Source: Gracilinanus agilis (taxonomy: Eukaryota). From it: a stretch of DNA of 64,000 nucleotides. The DNA is taken from positions 197,135,157 to 197,199,156 of the forward strand of contig NC_058133.1 in assembly GCF_016433145.1 (NCBI RefSeq), read 5' to 3'. The notes beneath the pieces were generated by a model. That model had not been told where the DNA came from and ran no database searches. It saw only the letters and a program-made list of their open reading frames with translations. Every line of letters begins with the position of its first letter. Position 1 is the stretch's first letter. Positions 59,461-64,000 of this stretch are shown piece by piece. The position numbers and the translations under genes were made by a program.

Positions 59461-61943
59461 AAAGCAACTTTAAGAGGTGTCCCAAGATTGTACTCTGAAT
59501 AAATTCAGAGATAGGGTTCTAAGTCATAAATTTTGAATGCATATATGAATGAATGGCATTGCCCATTGGCCTCTGTATGAAAACAGTGTCCCATGTTGGT
59601 GGTGAATGGAAACATTGAAGAATGAAGGGGAAGAAGTTGGGCAAAGACTTGGGAGTGGGGTAAGGTAGAAGTGGGATATCTCATAGTGGGCGTAGGGTGA
59701 AGTAGACCTGGGGTGAATGAAGTGGGAGCCAATTATAGACATACTTTTCTTCCATACATACTTCCATACATGCTTTCATACCTGCATACAAGATGGAAGG
59801 GAAAATGAGGCACATTTGAGAAAATGGGCTAAAGGAGGGATGATCTCTATGAGAGAGGTTGACTATGCCCTGTTTCCCCTCCAGACTGAAAGCTTGCTGA
59901 GAGGTGGGACTGTGTTTTCTCCTTTCTCCTAGATTCCTCCTGGACATTCTAAAAGCTCAGCATAGAGCTCCCTCTGCATGGGGATCTATAGTCTAAGAGA
60001 CAAAGATTCCAGGATTATTGAAAGTCAGAAGCTTCCCTTTTCTCCCAGTACACTGTGGGACAAACAGCTAAGCTCAGTGTACCATAGTGCTTCCTCTGTT
60101 TACCTTTTAGGTAGCCTTTGAGATAACCTTTCCAACCAGGATCAGTGCCTGCATTAGTTTAAATGTATGTGTGGGATGAGAGTTAGCAAAGGGAATCTGA
60201 CTTCACCTCTGCCTCCTAGAAACCCCAGTTTCCTAGGGTTTAGACAACCTTTTCCCAAGTGGCAAGCACTCTTACCATTCTACTGCCTCTAGAGATCCAA
60301 CACTGTTTCCGAGACAACCCTAAATGGGGGCACTGTGGCACTGGGCACTATAATAAAGTCTGTGAACCTAGAAGTCAAGGGAGAGAGGTCCTGTGCCTCA
60401 GGCCTTCCAGCCTTGCCAAGGAAGGATTCCATGAAGTGCAGTTCTGTATCCTAAGACACAGATAACTCCACTCCCCAAAGCCCTAAACTTACATCAAATG
60501 GCAGCAAGGGAAAAGTTTTGAGGTACCATTTAGCAATCTTCTAATCTGGCTACTGGGGAGGAAGGCACTTTAAAAATAAATCCTGATCCTCACCTCCACC
60601 CCCACCACCTTAGGGTGGTGGTTAGCCCTGGCCTCTTCCTAGGTGACCTCCCAGCAGCCTCAGGATCCAGTTTCCCTTTGATCTCAAGCTCTCCCAGCCT
60701 TGCTTCCTCCAGACAAGGAAAGAATGTGGCCCAGGCTGGGGGGAGGGGTGGGCAGAAAGGGGGGCTGGGTTGGAGAGCTAACCCGGAGGGCTCTCATTCA
60801 GGTCTTGGCAGGCCTCTAAGCTCACTTGGAGCAGCAAAAGGAAGATCCCACCTCTGCTCTGGATCCTGGATCCAGGGCACCTGGAATGGACTGTCTTGTC
60901 AGGCCACCCTGAGGCCAATGCCAGGCAGCAAAATGGAGTGGACAAGGGGCAAGATCACCCCTATTAGGCCTACGGGCAACTGGAGGAGCCCCAGAGACTC
61001 TGTGAAAGTAGTAAACCGTATCCAATTTGCAGCTGAGTCAGCCCATCTGTCAACATTCTAGCTGGAAGGTAACTCATGTAGGCAAACCTTTCCTGGGTAC
61101 TTGAGGAATAGCAATGGTAAGAAAGAGACCAGGTCCTTGCCTTGCCCTGCTGGGAATTCCTGGTCCAAAGGAAGAGGCAGAATAGAGACAGATGAGGCCA
61201 GACTCTCCAGAGGAAGAGTTCTGGTCTTTGAATCGGGAAAGGGTGGGGGAGGAGGGAGGGGAGTTATGTTGGGGAAGTCATGGAAGGCTTTGTGGAGGAG
61301 GGGAGTATGGAGAACGATTTGGAAAGTGGGGGAGAAATCAAAGCTTAAAAGAGGAAAAAAGGGAGGCCATTTCAGGTGGGACGAATGCCCAGCATAGGCA
61401 GAGAGAGGATAGAGTTGGAATGCAGGTCTCCTCGTTCCCAGTCCTTCCAGAATCTGGTGCCAGGAACTAGTGAATGAGAATGTACATGACAGAATGTAGT
61501 CCACAGAGATATCTTATTCACAATTAACAAAACAAAAACAAAACCTTTACCTTTCTTCTTAGAATCTTAGATACCAAGTATCAGTTAGTTCCAAGGCAGA
61601 AAATAGGAAAGGCTGAGCATTTGGGGTTAAGTGACTTGCCTGGGGTCACACAGCTAGAAGTCAAATTTGAACCCAGGATTTGCTGTCTTTAGATCTGGTT
61701 CTCTATGCACTGAGTCACCTGGCTACTCTTGGTACATATCTTCAGTTCAGTGACCTACCTCATACACAGCATTCCATTTCTTCTCTCTGGATACAGGGAA
61801 CTGTGGAATGCACTCCCTCCTCATCTCTACATTTTAGAACTCCTAACTTCCTTCAAAGCTTAAATAAAGTGTCATCTCCTATAGGAAATCTATCCTGAGT
61901 CCCATATTTGCTAGTACCCTTTCCTCAGAAGTTATTTTGTATA

Positions 61944-62175
61944 ACAGAGGAAAAAGAACACATGGGCTGATGGGGATATTATTGGGGATGAAGACCCTAA
62001 ATGATAACTCTAGACCAACTATCAATAATATGGAATTAGGTCTTAATCAATAATACATGTAAAACCCAGTGGAATTGTGCGTCAGCTAAGGGGGGTTAGG
62101 AGGGTTTGGGGAGAGGGAAAGACATGAAACATGTAACTATGGGAAAATATTCAAAATAAAAAATATAATTAAAAA
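61944..62175 (+). mobile_element. 5'-truncated L1 3' end
   Basis: 17-bp TSD agaagttattttgtata (61927-61943 and 62176-62192); G-rich tract and A tail. Confidence 0.9.
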
Positions 62176-62507
62176 AGAAGTTATTTTGTATAGATCTCAT
62201 ATGCTCTTATAAAAAAGGATATAATCTTTCTGAGGGCAAAGATAGTTCATTTTTGTCTTTGTATCCCTAGAGACTAACACAATGCCTGCCTTAAATGGGA
62301 TTGATTATTGGTTCTGTTTGGAAGTTTTTCTTCAGCTCTAACCTATCTTATTTTATAGCAAAAGTGATCCAATGCTGAGGATCAGCCCCAATCTAAAAGG
62401 TAGAGAGGAGGTAGACTAAGGGTGGGTGATTCCTACTTTCTTAGGTATTCCTTTGGAAAGAAGGGTATTCACTTCCCTGGTAGGTTTAGGAAAAGAGGCT
62501 TCTGGAT

Positions 62508-63745
62508 TAGGTAGGTGGCCCAGTGGATAGAGAACTAGATTTGGAGATGGGAGATGCTGGGTTCAGATCTGTCCTCAAACATTTCCTAATTGTGTGACTC
62601 TGGGCAAGTCACTTAACCCCATCAGTCCTTACTGCTCTTCTGCCTTGGAACCAACTCTTAGAATGGATTCTAAGACAAAAGGATTTAAAAAAAAAAAAAA
62701 AGGCTCCAAGAGGTTGAGACCTCCCAGAGAGAATGACACATTCCTGAATATTCTGGTTTCCCAGGACACCAGCCTAGCATTGGGAAATCTTCCATATGTC
62801 CCTTTCTATGGCAGGGCCATGCTGAATGCAACATCTTCTAGGTTCCATAAATATTTTATGCCTTTCTTTTTGCAGGGGGGTGGGTGGAAGAGAGAAAAGG
62901 GTTGCTGTGACTTCAGGAAACACAAATACTTTATACCCCCTTTCTCAAAGCCTCATTAATTACCTAGAATGATATCATCTTTGTTTATACCATCATCAAC
63001 TAAGCATCAACATTTGTCATCAGCATAAACTCTGTCTTCTGAGGAGCCCCTTCTGTGACCATTTAGTTTTCCCCTTTTCTTGCTGCCATGGAGAGGGTTG
63101 GGGTAGTCTGGGATACTGAAGACCAAAGGATATAAGCCACTTCCTTCAAGGAACAGAGGCAGGTAGATGGATAGAGAGCCATGGGATAGAGAGCCAGGCC
63201 TGTCATCAGGAGGACCTGGGTTCAAATCTGCTCTCAGATACTTCCTACCTGTGTAACCTGGGGCAAGTCACTTAACCCCAATTGCCTAGCCCTTGCCACT
63301 ATTCTTTCTTAGAATTAATAGCAAGAAAGAAGATGAGTAATTGAAACAAAACAAAACAAAAAACAAATATTACAGCAAGATAAAGAGAATTGGGATGAAT
63401 TTTCATCTTATGTGATTCTCTGGGGCTGACCTGTGTTCTGATGGGTTGCTAGCAGATCTGATCAACCAACCAAATCAATCATGAAGCAGTGGGTAGAACT
63501 CTGGACCTGGAGTCAGGAAGACCAAAATTCAAATTCTCTCTCCAACACTTACTAGGTGTGTGGCCCTAGGCAAATCATTTAATCTCTATCTGCCTCAGTT
63601 TCCTCAACTCTCAAATGGGGGTATAATAATTGTACCTATTTCTCAGGATTATTGTGAGGAAAAAATGAAATCATATTTGTAACTTACTTTGCAAATCTTA
63701 ATGTGTTATATAAATGAATATATAAATGTGCTATATAAATAAAAG
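62508..63745 (+). mobile_element. SINE (62508-62700), SINE (63160-63365) and MIR (63485-63745)
   Basis: CORE/SINE consensus motifs. Confidence 0.8.
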
Positions 63746-64000
63746 CTATTACTAATCTAGTATTTTCTGGGTCTTGTTCTAGGTTGTAATAATACAAAGA
63801 AAAAATAAATGAAACAGTCCTTATACATAAAAATACCAAATTTGTGAAAAATAAATAAAAGTAATTTTAATGAGGGAGCATTAGCCTGTGGGAAGAAATA
63901 TGAAAAGGCCTTATGTAGGAGGAGATGCTGAGCTTCAAAGAGTGGTGGTGGTGAGGCATATTTCAGACATGGAAGCCAGCATATACAAACGAATTGAATA

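Noticed and set aside
60615-61504. 148-aa ORFs on both strands upstream of GIP
   Set aside because: No splice-consistent structure or recognisable domain; explained by GC/purine bias.
4170-63745. tRNA-like A/B boxes (ggttcaaat) throughout, and possible CRISPR-like periodicity
   Set aside because: These are the tRNA-derived heads of dispersed SINEs. No cloverleaf tRNA gene or repeat-spacer array is present, and the DNA is mammalian.

Overview
Marsupial genomic DNA, most likely an opossum-family (didelphid) species, inferred from SINE1_Mdo-like elements. The window holds the conserved vertebrate block UBE2Z(+) - SNF8(-) - GIP(-). UBE2Z exons 2-7 and its ~1.9 kb 3'UTR lie at 1408-13450; exon 1 is outside the window. 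SNF8 is complete (8 coding exons, 777 nt, 258 aa, 14522-22280) with a CpG-island promoter. GIP is complete (non-coding exon 1 plus 5 coding exons, 435 nt, 144 aa, 47549-55660) with a TATA/GATA/forkhead promoter. All three genes were assembled by hand from GT-AG splice sites with consistent phases. The ORF track misses most exons, and most of its ORFs are noise. The ~25 kb between SNF8 and GIP, and the introns, are filled with marsupial SINEs, MIR, L2, nested L1, three hAT MITE families (two copies each), a decayed 7SL retrocopy and a 486-N gap preceded by a Tn5/Nextera adapter remnant. The most notable items are a possible vestigial glucagon-family cassette and extra dibasic sites in the GIP C-terminal propeptide, CTCF-core motifs carried by a MITE pair between SNF8 and GIP, and the adapter artefact. 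All comparisons with human proteins and repeat consensi are from memory, not database searches.
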